From positions 248,001-293,327 of the forward strand of contig RSEE01000087.1 of NCBI GenBank assembly GCA_003971905.1: DNA of 45,327 nt, written 5' to 3'. The stretch's first letter is position 1. The number at the start of each line of letters is the position of its first letter. The notes beneath the pieces were generated by a model. The model did not search any database and had not been told where the DNA came from. It worked only from the letters and a program-made list of their open reading frames with translations. The DNA comes from Moniliella sp. 'wahieum'. Its lineage: Eukaryota. Below are positions 23,029 to 35,292 of the stretch, in pieces. A program made the translations under genes and the position numbers.

Positions 23029-24729
23029 ATGAATGCCAACGCGGCTGCTGGCTGCCGCCAGCGCCGCCCTCAACACCGCCCGCCCCGCCCCCTCCGCCCC
23101 GCCCCCGCCCCCCGCCGCATACACCGACGACGACCTTGCCTTTGGCTACCACACCCAGCCGCCCCCTCCCCGCCCGACGCCTACCCAGCCCCCTACCCCG
23201 AGCCCGACCGCTATGCGCTCGACGACGACGACCCCTTTGCGCTCCACGCCGACCCCGCCAAGGCCAAGTCATCCGACGAGCCCAAGCCCTATGACCAGTA
23301 CGCCTACAACGGCGCCTACCCGCCCAGCCCCGACCTCAGGCCACGACGCTTCCGACGAGGAGGACGCCTTGCCCTCGAGCCTGCTGGCCCCGCCGTGCCC
23401 TCGGGCTATGGCGACGTGGGCTTTGACGACGCCGAGCCCAAGGACGGCGTCTACCCGCCTTCGATGGGCAGGCCGGTGGACCGCGCCCGCCTCAACGACG
23501 CACAACGACGTGTCTTTGACGCCTTCCCCAAAGACCTGGACCAGGCCCCAAAGCGTCTGCGCCACAAGGCCCGCGACCTCGCCCGCAACTGGCGTGCATA
23601 CGTCCAGTGGAAGTACTGGTGTATGTTCCCCCTCCGCCCACTCCCATATGCCCCCCTCCGCGCCTCCCTAATGGCTGACCCTTCCCCCCGCACCTTCCAG
23701 ATTGGTACTTGATCATCACCCTCATCATTGTCCTCACCATTCTCATGACCGTCTTCCACAGCCAAATTGTCAAGTGGCTCACCCCCTTGACCACCAAGAT
23801 GCGCGATTTGACCGCTGGCTGGCTCATCCCGGTCGCACTGCTCTTCATCATCTCCTTCCCACCCTTGTTTGGACACGAAATTGTGGGTGTGCTGGTGGGC
23901 CTTGTGTGGGGGCTGTGGAAAGGGTTTGGCATCCTGGCCTTGGGCACGCTGCTCGGAGAAATTGGCAACTACTATGCGTTCAAAACGTTCCTCTCGGGTC
24001 ATGCACGCAAGTTTGAGCGCAAGAGCCTCGACTATGCCTGTATGGCCCACATTGTCCGCGAGGGCGGGCTGTGGATCATTGTCCTTGCTCGTCTCTCTGC
24101 CACCCAGGGCACTTTACCACTGCCGTTTTTGCCACTGTCGGCATGGGATTCTGGATCTTCCTCGTGGGCTGTATCCTGTCGTTGCCCAAACAGCTCGAGG
24201 TGGTCTACCTTGGCTACGTGATGCAGCAGACCAACGGCGAGAGACGACGTCCAGCAAAGTGGTCAAGTACATTGTCCTGCTTTCGGCCTGGCGCTGACGT
24301 TAGGCTCGATGTGGTACATCTACCACCATGGCCAAGGTACGACCGCTGGTCCAGGCCACGATGCGCGACCGGCGGTACCGACTGCTTCAAGGCACGCACC
24401 TCGGACCCGCTCGCCGACCCCAAAGTAAAGATGGACGAGATCGACCCCGAAGGCGCGCCACCCCGCCGCGACCACACCCTCAGCATGGGACAACGGTTCA
24501 AGCGCTTCCTCTCGTCGGCCACAAGTCCACCCCGCATGCCGTTTTGCCCAGCGCCAACGAGTACCCTGCCCATGCCTTTGCCCCCGCCGGAAGCTTTCCC
24601 GGGCGAGGAGGTCACTACTACCTACGCCCCTGTGCCCGACTGATTGTCCACTCCCCCGACTCCAACCCCCGCGGCGGGGGGGAGGCGCCTACAATGCCCC
24701 CCGCCCGGTTTGGACCCCCGCAATATTAA
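23029..24729 (+). CDS. TVP38: Tvp38/TMEM64 family SNARE-associated (VTT/DedA) Golgi membrane protein
   Basis: GWLIPVALLFIISFPPLFGHEIVGVLVGLVWGLWKGFGILALGTLLGEIGNYYAFK..IVLARLSA..GHFTTAVFATVGMGFWIF..ILSLPKQL. Intron 23621-23700 (GTATGT..CTGAC..CAG). Several indels. Confidence 0.88.
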
Positions 24730-25333
24730 GCTTGCATCAAGCCTCGGGTACTCTGCACGCCCGTTGTAGAACCCTGCTTTCATACCCTCTTTCTCCCCCT
24801 CCCCCTCCCTAACTCTTATCTTCTCTTTCTGTCCCCATTCCCATTCCCGTTCCCGTTCCTGCTCCCCTCCCTTCCCTTCCCTACGCGCCCCAGAGACGTT
24901 TACTATCACTGGTATACAGATATTGTCCCTGCCTTGACCTACCTTGGCTGCGTAGCCGCACTGCAGACCAGACTAGACATGTGAACACATTGATGAACTG
25001 ATTATGCCTTGTCCCCATGCCACCTTTAGACCATGGGGCCGACAAGCCATCTGCTCGTATTGTCCTGGTCTCGTCCGTCTGTCGCATCGATGTGATCGGT
25101 GGCCGATGACCAACTGCTTCCCTCTTGTTCTTCTCTCCTGCCTCATCCAGTGAGCGCCTCAACGAGTTGTTGTAGTCGATCCCGCTACAGAAGGTGAACA
25201 TGTACATGTGCCATGCGCTAGCTTGCCTGCTCGGTCACGCTGCAGGGCAGGCACGGCCACAGCGCAGGGCCAGCACCCCAGTGACCCCACCGACCGCACG
25301 TCCAAGGAGAACATCCGTGGAGAGAAATTGGTA

Positions 25334-27863
25334 TTATAAGAAACCACTATGTAAGAGCAACTCGCGATCCGGTCGTCGCCTTGGTCCCGCGGCTCGAGCT
25401 GAAGCGAGCGCTCATACAGTGCCTCTTCTTCGGGCAAATCGCGCATCGAGGCCTGCAGGAACGCTTGGACGCCCTGGTGCGCCGGGAAGGGGTACCTGTG
25501 CGCAGCAGGTCAGTTCAGCTCAGGGCACAGGGCGGAAGAGGAGAGGGAGGATACGTACTGAGTTTGCTGCGCCGAGAGGAGATGGTGGATGACCTGGGTG
25601 GTGCGCAGGCACTTGGTGAAGTTGACCTTGCCGTCGGGGAGGTAGGTGGGATTGCCATCGGCCAGGAAGGTGAGGTCGGTGAGGTGGACGCCGAGGAAGG
25701 GCAGGCCGCCCTGCTCCAGACGGCGGTAGCGCTGAAAGTTTTTGCTCGAGTCCATCTCGGTTTGGAGCGTATGGAGTTGGGTGAGCGCGCGCGGGTTGAC
25801 TTTGGCCCAGGTGCGACGCAGCCGCGCGAGCGGCGACGCCGACAGGCCACTGAGCAGCGACATGACCGAGCCGTAGTTGCGCAGCTCAAAGCAGTGCGTC
25901 GCCATGGCGATCAGGTGGCGCACCAACAGCGCCCGCCCTTGCGTCGCATCGCTGCTGAGCACCGTGTGGATCACCCAGGCCCCCACCGCGTTGGAAAAGG
26001 CAATGCACCGCCGCACCCCGCTCTCCCCGTCCCCCGACCACGCCTTGTCCACACACTCGCGCGGCTGGATTTGCGCATACAGCTCGTGTTCCAGCAAGGT
26101 CAGTTGGCGCGCCAACTGCTGCGGGTCAACGTCCAGCAGCCGTATCCCCTCGGGCGCGGTGGCCAGCGCAACCGGCGCAGCAGGCGGGTCGAGCGGCAAC
26201 GGACCCAGCGCTGCCTCTAGCAATCCACTCACACCATCCTCCTCGCGCTGATAGGGGAGAAAGACTTCCAACAACTTACGCACCTGCCGCCGTACCCGCC
26301 AGCCCAGGTCGTGGTGAGCAAGCAGGCCGCGCACCATTTCCTCGGGCGAGAGGAAGGCACGGAACGTGAGAAAAAAGGCATGGACAAACCGCTCGTCTTG
26401 CCCGTCCACAAGGTAGGCCAACAACGCCGCGGGCGTGCCCCCGCGCACCTCCCCTTCTTGCAGAATCAGGTCCGCGGGTGGGACGGGAACGAGCGGCGAG
26501 TCGGGCGGTGGAAAGGAGGGCGAATCGGGAACGACCGAAGCAGGTGTCAGCGTTCCCTCCCGTGGGGTTAAGGCCAGACGCAAAGAGAGGTCCGGAGAGG
26601 GAGAACGGGTTTCGTCCATATCTGGTTCCAGTTCTTCCTGCTCCAACTCTCGCTCCTGTTCCTCCTGCCCTTGTTCTTGTTCTTGCTCCTGCTCCTGTTT
26701 TTCCTGTTCCTGCTCTGGTTCCTGGTTGGACACTTGAGATTGCTGCTCCACCACACATCCCTCCGCCATCCATGGCTCTTCCACCATCGCCTCCTCCTCC
26801 ACTCGTACTGCGACGGCCGCTCTTGCTTTGACCACAAGCCCCGTCCCGGGACCGGCTCCGACGTCCACACCCACGCCCGTGCCGCTATCCTTGTTGATTA
26901 CCAACCCGTACTGGCCCAGAGCATAGTCCAACGCACTGCTGAGCCGGCTGGTTGCCCGTAGGAGAAGGGTGTGGTGCTTGAGATGGCCGAACAGCCCAGC
27001 CGCTTCGATCGTATCGACGTCCACCCCTGTTCCCGACAAGAGAAAGTGGTGCACAGAGAGATGGAGGTGAGTCAGTGCGCGGTCCACCTCGGCACACAAT
27101 AGCGCCAGACCCGCCCAGACTCCGTCCCCGAGACCGGGTTGCACGCGCTTGGCCTGCTCGGCCGCGGCAAAGAGGTGGGTGAGGGAGTGGGTAACGCTGG
27201 TCAGCGCCGCGCCCAACTCGCCACCACCACCGTTGAGGTAGTAGACAAAGTTCGCCATGGCGTGGGCCACCGTATCTTGAGCCTCCGCCAGCCGGGTGAT
27301 CGATTCCGGATTGGTGTGGTTGCTGTTGGGCTGTATGAGGGCATGCGGAGCCAGCGAATGGTGAGATACTTCTTGGGATCGGTCGAGGCCGTGAGTGTTG
27401 TCGTGATTGGGGAATTGATGACGTTGGGTGGGGTCGTGTTCTTGTTCTTGTTCTTGCACGCGAGGCTGGGATGGGGATGGTGATAGAGATGGTGATGGTG
27501 ATGGTGATGAGGATGAGGATGATGATGAGGATAAGGATAAGGATGGGGATCGTTCATGGCCGTGGTCTTGGGCGTGCTCTTCTTGGGCCTCTTCTTGAGC
27601 TGAACAGGGGGTGGGGAGAGAAGGTGGTCTGCTCCCTCGGTTGGCTCCTCTAGCTCGTAGAGTGGAGATACATAGCTCTTGGGGACCCAGCCGCGCATTG
27701 CGCCTTCGGGACGGGGGAAGACCACATCCCACCATCCCGAAGAAAGGCAGAACAGCACTTCGCCCTGCTCGCCGGGCACAACGTTGATCCCGTCGGCAGC
27801 ATAGGGGTACAAAACTTGGACAAAAAAGGGTGGCTGCATCTTCACTTGCTCATCGTCGCGCAT
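25334..27863 (-). CDS. Cdc25-like Ras guanine nucleotide exchange factor (SH3 - REM - RasGEF)
   Basis: SH3: FFVQVLYPY..GWWDVV..RGWVPKSYVSP. REM: VRGGTPAALLAYL..FVHAFFLTFRAFLSPEE. RasGEF: DPQQLARQLTLLE..FSN..W..LRNYGSVMSLLSGL..LARLRRTW..KNFQRYR..LPFLGVHLTDLTFLADGN..VNFTK. After an intron near 25557-25496 the C-terminus reads LYERSLQLEPRDQGDDRIA..LLHSGFL* (TAA at 25336-25334). Confidence 0.92.
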
Positions 27864-29842
27864 GGCAGGGACGCTGGGAGAGGCGAGGCTGACGGATGGT
27901 GGGACGCGAAAAGGACGGAAGTGGGGGGGGGTATAAGTTTGTGAGAGACGCTAACTCATTGCTCTGCGAGACGGCAGCGGCTGTGGGGAATTTGGACAAG
28001 GCCCGCTGGCTCAGCGGGTGTCAGGCAGGCGCCTAGCGTTCTCTTCTGGAACATGGAAGCGGCTGAAACTCCGTGGAGACTATGTATGTACCAGTGCTGC
28101 CCAGTGCTGCCCAGTGCTGCCCTGTGCTGGCCCACATGCTGCCAGCTACGGCTCAGGCTGAGTCCTGAGCAGCAGCTGAGTGCCGCTCTTGAGCTCCGTT
28201 AAGCCCTAGCCCACTGCACCCCCACGCACCCCCCACGGCCGCTCCAGCCGCCCCCACCCGCACACCCAGACTCATCCTCGGCCGCCTCGCCTCATCGTTC
28301 ATCATCCATCGTCCGCTGCAGTCGCTGGAATGGCGGCTGTAATTTTGGGTCTGGCCGACGGAGAGTACCCATCTATCGATTGCCACAATCTCATTGAGAT
28401 GCCGATTCTCGTTCATTGATGGTTAACTGTCCGGGCCTCGTCCTGCTACGTGCAGTGGACAGAAAGCGAGCTTGGAAAACTTTTAAGGCGGTGCTTGCGT
28501 GCTGTCCCTGCTGCTTGTCAGGTCTTGCCACCAGGTCTTCACCCTTCTCCATCCCGTTGGATGCCACATCTGCCGACGATTCCGGCGTTCAGCGCTGAGG
28601 CTCAGCGCTCAGCGCTCAGCATCGGCGTCTCTAGCTGTTCAAAAACTTCAAGCGACTGATCAGAACGACATTGTTCAACGTTCAAAACGTGAGATCTTTT
28701 TCAGTCTTCTCGCCCCCTCTTTTTTTGTACCCCGACTATCCCCACCGACAGCCACATTCCCATCGGCCATCCAACCAAGCATCGGCATCCTGAGGACGGT
28801 GGCTTGCACGCAATGGTTGATGCAAGTGGGCCGGAGCACTCAGTCTGAGTACTCACCGGCTCATCCTCCTGTTCGTCCATTATGCATTCTGGATTCCCCC
28901 TGAACAAATCGGAAGCCCATCACGTCAGTGTAGTGACCAGTCACATGCTCACTGAGGGCGTCTCCGAGGTGTCCCACGGTATCGACGGTATCACTGGTGT
29001 CCCCTGTTGCAGCCATGTGCATATCTGACCCCTCCTTCTAATACCCTGCATGGCTGACCAACGTCCAACATGGGCATGTGAGCGTGTTTTGACAGAACAG
29101 AGGCAGATCGCAACAGTACGTTGGAAAACGCCGGCTTGGCAGAGCACTATAGGGACTACTGTGTCAGATCCTCGAAGATAGTAAATCCTTACTCTCCCAT
29201 CGATTGATCAATGATCTGAAGCCTGAGGCTGACCCTGGCCACACAGGGCCAACCTGGCCCACTCCGGCGTCGGCACAATATACTACAGAAACGCGCAACC
29301 GCGGCTCAGGTGATGGCTGGTACAGTGGCTGGAGTGGCTACTTCGTAGATACGATGATCGCTAGACCTATCGTATACCAGGCTCAGGCGCTCAGGCGCTC
29401 AGGACCTATCGACTATCCTTAACGTCTTAACCCCGACGGACGGTGGTCTGCGGTGGCCGGTGGTCTGCGGTGGTCTGCGGTGGCTTGAGACGGGCGGCTA
29501 GGGTCTCCAGGCGACCCTGGGAACTTGCACGAAAAGAGAAGAGCAGGCCAGAGCCCGGGGCGGGCCGGCGGGTTTGCAGTATGGGAACCGCAGACCCTGC
29601 GCCGAACGGGTCCATAACACCTACGTACAATTGCCGATCTCATTAATTCAATTAATCACTTCACATTCTCTCACCCCGCAGCTACGTTTTAATTTTGCCA
29701 CAGCGCTCTTCGACAAGCCGTGTGGCGCAGCGCTAGAGGGAGTACCAACCGTACCCTGCGCTAGCAGGCGGTTGCCGCTGCGACAGGGTCGGCTTTGGCC
29801 GGCCGCGTGCGCCACGCCACGTGTGCATGACCTGAATCGACT

Positions 29843-29905
29843 TGAGGCTTGAGGCCTAAGGTGCTTAAGGCTTACTATTAGGGCCTAAGGCCTAAGGCCT
29901 AAGGG
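29843..29905. repeat. (AGGCCTA/AGGCTTG)n 7-bp periodic repeat
   Basis: TGA GGCT TGA GGCC TAA at 29843-29859 and TAA GGCC TAA GGCC TAA at 29886-29902. Confidence 0.75.
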
Positions 29906-30621
29906 CAGGCCAAATCATTATTCAAACCCCACTAGTCGATCATCTCGATCATCTATCTAATTGATCTAATCGAATCGATAACGCCTAACGAGTAACAAGC
30001 GCTTCAATCCCACTTGTTGATAAGATGATTCTCTCGGTTGTCGACGTCCTTAATCCTTAGCAATCATTAATCAGGACCTTCTGCCTTGGGCAAGGCCCAC
30101 AAAGACATGGTCACAGAAAAGCAACGTGTTTTCAATTTGGGCTTCCGCCCCTTTCAGGCCCTCAAGCCTTACTTCACCTAAACTCCTAAAACCGCAGGGC
30201 CGTAGGCCTGGTGGGGCCGGTCCGTTATAACGTGAGCCCTGGTTCACTCCCTCTCCAAGCTTGACGATGGCCAATGGGGCATGATGCATGATGAGACCTA
30301 TACTAGTAGAGTCCTGTGGCCCTGAAGGGCATATGCACAATCGCACCAATGGTGGTGGTAGTGGTCTAAACGCGTTAAACGGTAAAAGTACGTAAAACGA
30401 CTTCAACGAAGATCTAGCCCACAGCCAACGATGCGAGAGGCGTCATGCATCAAGCTTCAAGCAACCAGTCATCCAGTCCTGGCAACGGAAGACGGAAGCG
30501 CAGTGGAAACAGCGTGGGCTTATACTATACGCCGGAGTCCTGTAGCAGGACTCCAGCTTCAAGAGGCCAAACAATTTCGGATTCGGACACGAACCAACAC
30601 ACTGTGGCTTGTCAGAGAACG

Positions 30622-30680
30622 ACTTGACGCTTGAAGCTTGACGCTTGAAGCTTGACGCTTGGTGCTTGACGCTTGACGCG
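30622..30680. repeat. (TGA-CGCT/TGA-AGCT)n 7-bp tandem repeat, 8 periods
   Basis: T at 30625, 30632, 30639, 30646, 30653, 30660, 30667, 30674; seven read TGA and one TGG. Confidence 0.85.
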
Positions 30681-32949
30681 GACGCGCAGCCTCTGGGGTC
30701 CTCTGGGGTCCTGGGGCCTGAACGCGTGGCACACGGGTGCTGATGTGGTGATGACTGTTACGGGTTGCATGTCGCACACGATCCACTCCACACATTTCCG
30801 TGCTTTGGGGCGAAGTTTAGTAGGACCCGTGACTTCAATACAGTAAAACGGGATTTGCTTCGCAAGGGTTCGATAACCGCCATTCTATACAGGGGTTAGC
30901 GCGTCAGCGACACGGATGCGGGACCGCGGGGATGAGAGGCACAGAAAACAGGGTGCTACGGAGAGTGTTGTATAGAAGTGCTCGATAAGATGGATAATCG
31001 AGATAATCGATAATCGATAAGCTTATTCATAAGAATGGACAAGGTGGCGGATAGCCAGGGCCGTGCAATGGGTATGCGTGAATGAAGCTTGAAGATGATT
31101 AATGGTTCCGAAATGAAGACTCCGATATGTCACATAGAAAGAGATTGAGATCTGAGAAGAGGTGTTATCTAGTTATCGATGATATATAAAAGCGAGCCCG
31201 AGCGTTGATTACAGCAGCACACTTAGTCTTCAAGGACAAACGCCGCGGGTGGAAACCCCCGATTGAGGAGATAGCGGTGCTGTGATATGTGATAGGCCTT
31301 AGGCCTGTATCTGCACCAGGAACCAGCAGGAACGACGCAAAAGATAAAGGATGCACCGGATGTGGCATCCAAGGCGTGTATTTTACGCGTTACGGGTTAT
31401 GCGGGAGGGAAGACGCGGAACGAGAGTGTGTCTACTAAGCGTGCTACTAAGGTTGTATAACCCAGATACTACAGCGTCCCCTAAAGTATTTGATTGGTGA
31501 AGCGAACCAAAATGTCGTTTTACACTCCGCCTCCTTCTGAGGCCCGAAGAACTCAGTGGCACCCTGAATATACGAGTTTCGGGCCAAAGAACACAGAGTG
31601 GCTTAACTCCTAAAAACTCATAACATTTGGCAGAACTTCAAGATGCAGTAACGGAGGGTTGAAGAAGCGGGCTGCGTCTAATACCAACCGGCTTGCTCAT
31701 CCGGGTTGTGCTAGGTTGTGCTCCCTTCAATATCGAGGCCAATGGGGTCGCCAGCAGGTCAGGTCCCTCTGGCTGCCGCCATTCACCTCCAAATCGGACG
31801 AAGGCCAATTAAAAGGAGAGATACTAAGGAGTATAGACTTATCATGTGAGTGATGGACCATCTTCGTTGAGACTTCTTGTCAGCAGTAGCATTCTTCCAT
31901 TATAGTGCTCAAACATCTTGTTGGCAGTCTTCTCGGTGGTATAGTACCGCCTTGTCGTCATGGCCAGGTGAAAGAATAGCTCATAGAAAATGCTTCCCTA
32001 GCCTGAGTATAGCAGGCCCGAGCCCGATTTCACCTTGAATATAAAGCCAGCTCCTTCCGATTCTTGGAAGAACGAGGCGACACACGAGACTCACAAAGGG
32101 GCGCAAAGACTCCACTGGGCATTGAGCCGTACAATGCGGGCGTGCCTTAAGTCAGAGGTTGACCCCGTCCCTCTGGATCTTGCTCCCGGCCCAGCAAGTA
32201 GCCTCCTTTTGCGTCATCCTGCTCCTGCTCATCGTTGGATGAGATGACGGCCGTGGCCAAGATGGCACGTCTCACACCCGAGATTCCAGTCCTGAGGTAC
32301 TACGGATGCTGTTGACTAACCACATTCCGGTTCTGCTAGAAGAGGGGTAAAGCATCTTCTGGAGGTCGACTGGCACGGCCGGCATCATTGCCCGTATCGC
32401 TCCCCAGCCGTGTATCACAGATTTGTGCGACGCTCATTCCCATTTTTGTGCTTTTGCTGTTGGAGCATCTGTGCTGTGTGGCTTATAATTACGGTCAGCT
32501 GCAGTTGGTCAGCGTCTGTAAGATTATCGACGACCCCAGCCAGCGGCAGGTTGATGGGAAACACCTCCTGGAGTCATGATGGCTATTGGCCGATATTATG
32601 CCACCGCACTATATATGTAGCGGTGTGGTGGTGCTTATGGACCCGCCCAACCACCCAAAACGGTAATTAAAAGGAGTAGGCCACATTCGGTCATCGATCA
32701 TTGATCATCCTGAAGATCACTGATCGCCCACGTCATGCTGACCAATCACTCACGATTATCGATTATCGATTACGAGGGCGCGTTGCTTTGCTCGTGCCAA
32801 TCAATCGAAACGAAGGTGCGCCTGGCTGGGGCGGCCAGTGGTTTGGGCCGATTGCCCCCCTGACGGGGTATGACGCACCGGGCGTTCCCACCACCGCTTC
32901 CCACTTCTGGACTCGCAACTCGGAACCCCAGATCTGAGCAGCAGGACGG

Positions 32950-34465
32950 CTGGATCGCCTGCGATTCTCGGTTGACGCTCTGATACCAACACTCTGGTGG
33001 AAGGGCTATTGGGCAGCTGGCCACTCCCTTCCCCACCCATCCATGTCGCCTGCCACTTCCGCCTCACCTGCCTCCCCGTGGACCTACTTCTTTCCCGCTC
33101 CGGGAGCGTTCCCCGCGCTTTGGGGCAGATCACCACCCATCCGCTTAGCCCCAGAGCGTGTCCGCCTTCTACATGGCTGATCCGATCAACGGCTTTGTCC
33201 TTCTCCAGCTGGCGGTGATGTGTCTGGGTTTACGCAGCCCAGCAACTCTCAGGCAATGCAAGTCAGGTCGACCGCCTCTGGACCTTTCTTCCCGGTCCGT
33301 CTTCCCCTTGATCTTTAGCGCTGCAGCTCGCCTAACTCGATACCCAGTTGTCTTCACTGCACACTTTGTGCTGTTTCCGTGGCTCGAAGGTGCGGGCCTG
33401 AAGCCCCGTCTGGCGCTGATCCTTCTTTGCACCATTCTTTGGTCGGCACGTCTCACCCACACAATGCAATCCGCAGGGGCATGTTCAACCCGTACGTCCC
33501 CATTTTATGACAACGGCGCCTTCTGACCCTCCCCTTCTCCCTCCTAATTCTTCTTTGGTACAGAGGAGAAGAAGATTACCGGTGCCCGTGCTCAGAAAAC
33601 AAATGACCACGTGGCAGTGGCACCTCTCCCTCTTCTTCATTGCCATTGCCCAGATCTCCTCTTGAGCGCAACAGGTGTATGTCGTCCTTTCCTCTCTTCT
33701 CTCCTTATCAAGAATGTTTTGCGCGAGCTGACGTGTTGTTTGCATGCATGCCGGCTTACTTACTCTTAACTGCTGCCCTTTCCCCAACCCCCCGTCTGCG
33801 TCTTCTTTACTTTAGGGCTTGGGGGACGCCTTGCTGGCCTTGCTCTTTTTGTTCAACTTGGCGCGGCAAGCGCGGGCAGACAAGGAACAGTGGTGTACCA
33901 GAACTACAAACGCAACCAGGATCCTCAGGGACATCCCTTCACCCCGTCCCGCCGCGCGCAGATCGAAACTCAGTGGCAATTAACCCCAGCTGACGCGGCC
34001 AGGGGATTTCCAGCCACAGGCCTCTTCCTTCCTCACGGCACCCCAACTTCGCCTGCGAGCAAGCCAACTGGTACGCACCCCCCCCCCGCCTGCCGCCGAG
34101 CTCCCATAACCCCTCTTACGTGCGCCTCCGCTGCCCTTAAGAGCCCTGCCGCTGACCCAATCCTAGGTGGATTCTCTATCTCTGGGTACCTATTCGCTGC
34201 ACACGACTTGGACTTATGCTTTGGTCTCGCCAGTGGGGATGACGCTCCTCTTTCTCGCTTCCACCCCGTTTACCGAGGACGATTGCGCGAGGCAAGTACG
34301 GGGAAGCGTATGTGGCGTACCAAACGCGGGTGGACAGTTCCTCCCCCCGCTCACCTGGGTCCGCACCAAGCTCCTCTCTCTCCTTTGGGGTCGGCCTACG
34401 TCCACCGCCTCGAGGCCCAAATCTGGCCGCTGCCGTCTTCTCGTGCTGAGGGTTCCCAGGAATGA
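32950..34465 (+). CDS. DUF1295 (steroid 5-alpha-reductase-like) membrane protein, multi-exon, frameshifted
   Basis: SQVDRLWTFLP (about 33260-33293), ILWSARLTH, EEDYR..VLRKQM, ADKEQW.YQNYK, RGF..TGLF..SRHPNFACEQANW, LFLASTPFTE, KY.EAY.AYQ.RV. Introns start near 33294 (GTCCGT..CTAAC..CAG) and 33492 (GTACGT..CAG). Start codon not located. Confidence 0.85.
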
Positions 34466-34865
34466 GATAGTTGCTACGAGTGCCAACGTGCAGGCCAACT
34501 GTATACCTCGCTTGCGCAGGGCTTCAGTGAAGTTAGCTACGCATTGAGGAAGGGAGAGAGGAGAGAGTGAAGCTGCAGTGGGTCAATAAGAGGCCGAAGA
34601 GGCACCGATGCTTCCGAGCCGCCGTTGCCCTGGGGGGCATCGGCTTGGCCTAGTCCTCGTTGAACGCAGCGGCAGTGGAGGTAAGGAGGTGGGGGATGCG
34701 GAGTTGGCGGCAAGCGATGCGCTCGGCATGCCGCCCTGTCATATATGCGGCCTAAGGCCTAAGAGCCATGGACGAGGAGGTTGGCTGGAGGTCGCTGGGA
34801 TGTGGGCTGGTATGGCCTGGTATGGGCGGTGGGATGCGGGGATCATCTGGGCAATTTGCAATCAG

Positions 34866-34931
34866 GCGATCATCGATCATCGATCTAGTCACGCGCACTA
34901 GTCACTGGTCACCGGTCAGCTAACCGCTCAG
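34866..34931. promoter_or_regulatory. Compound 7-bp-periodic TCA-NNNN array upstream of the expansin-like gene
   Basis: TCA TCGA TCA TCGA TCT (34870-34886), then CTAG TCA CTGG TCA CCGG TCA (T at 34902, 34909, 34916), then TAA CCGC TCA (34921-34930). Confidence 0.45.
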
Positions 34932-35292
34932 CCGCCCAGCCGTGCCATCACCCATCACGCATGCCGCGTGCCGCGTCGGTGACCACGCACATCCAACACA
35001 CGTCCTCCGTGCTGGCGCCTACACTCGCCTGCGCGTGGCATGTGACGCACCCCCACACTCCCCCGTGCCCTCCTGCCCCGCCGATCATGCACTCGCCGCA
35101 TTGATCATCGATCACCACATCGCCATCCTATAATCCATCCGTCGTTCACCAAGTCGCGCGGGGACGGTCAGGCTTCAGGCGAAGCTTTGAAGGCAGCGCC
35201 ATCCACACCACCTTCTTTTCCGCCGTCACCATCAACGCCTCCGTGCACGGCAACACTCCCTCCGCGTGTCCCTCCCCCCCCCCCCCAACACC

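Noticed and set aside
25381..26220. 279-aa plus-strand ORF
   Set aside because: Antisense to the clearly conserved RasGEF domain.
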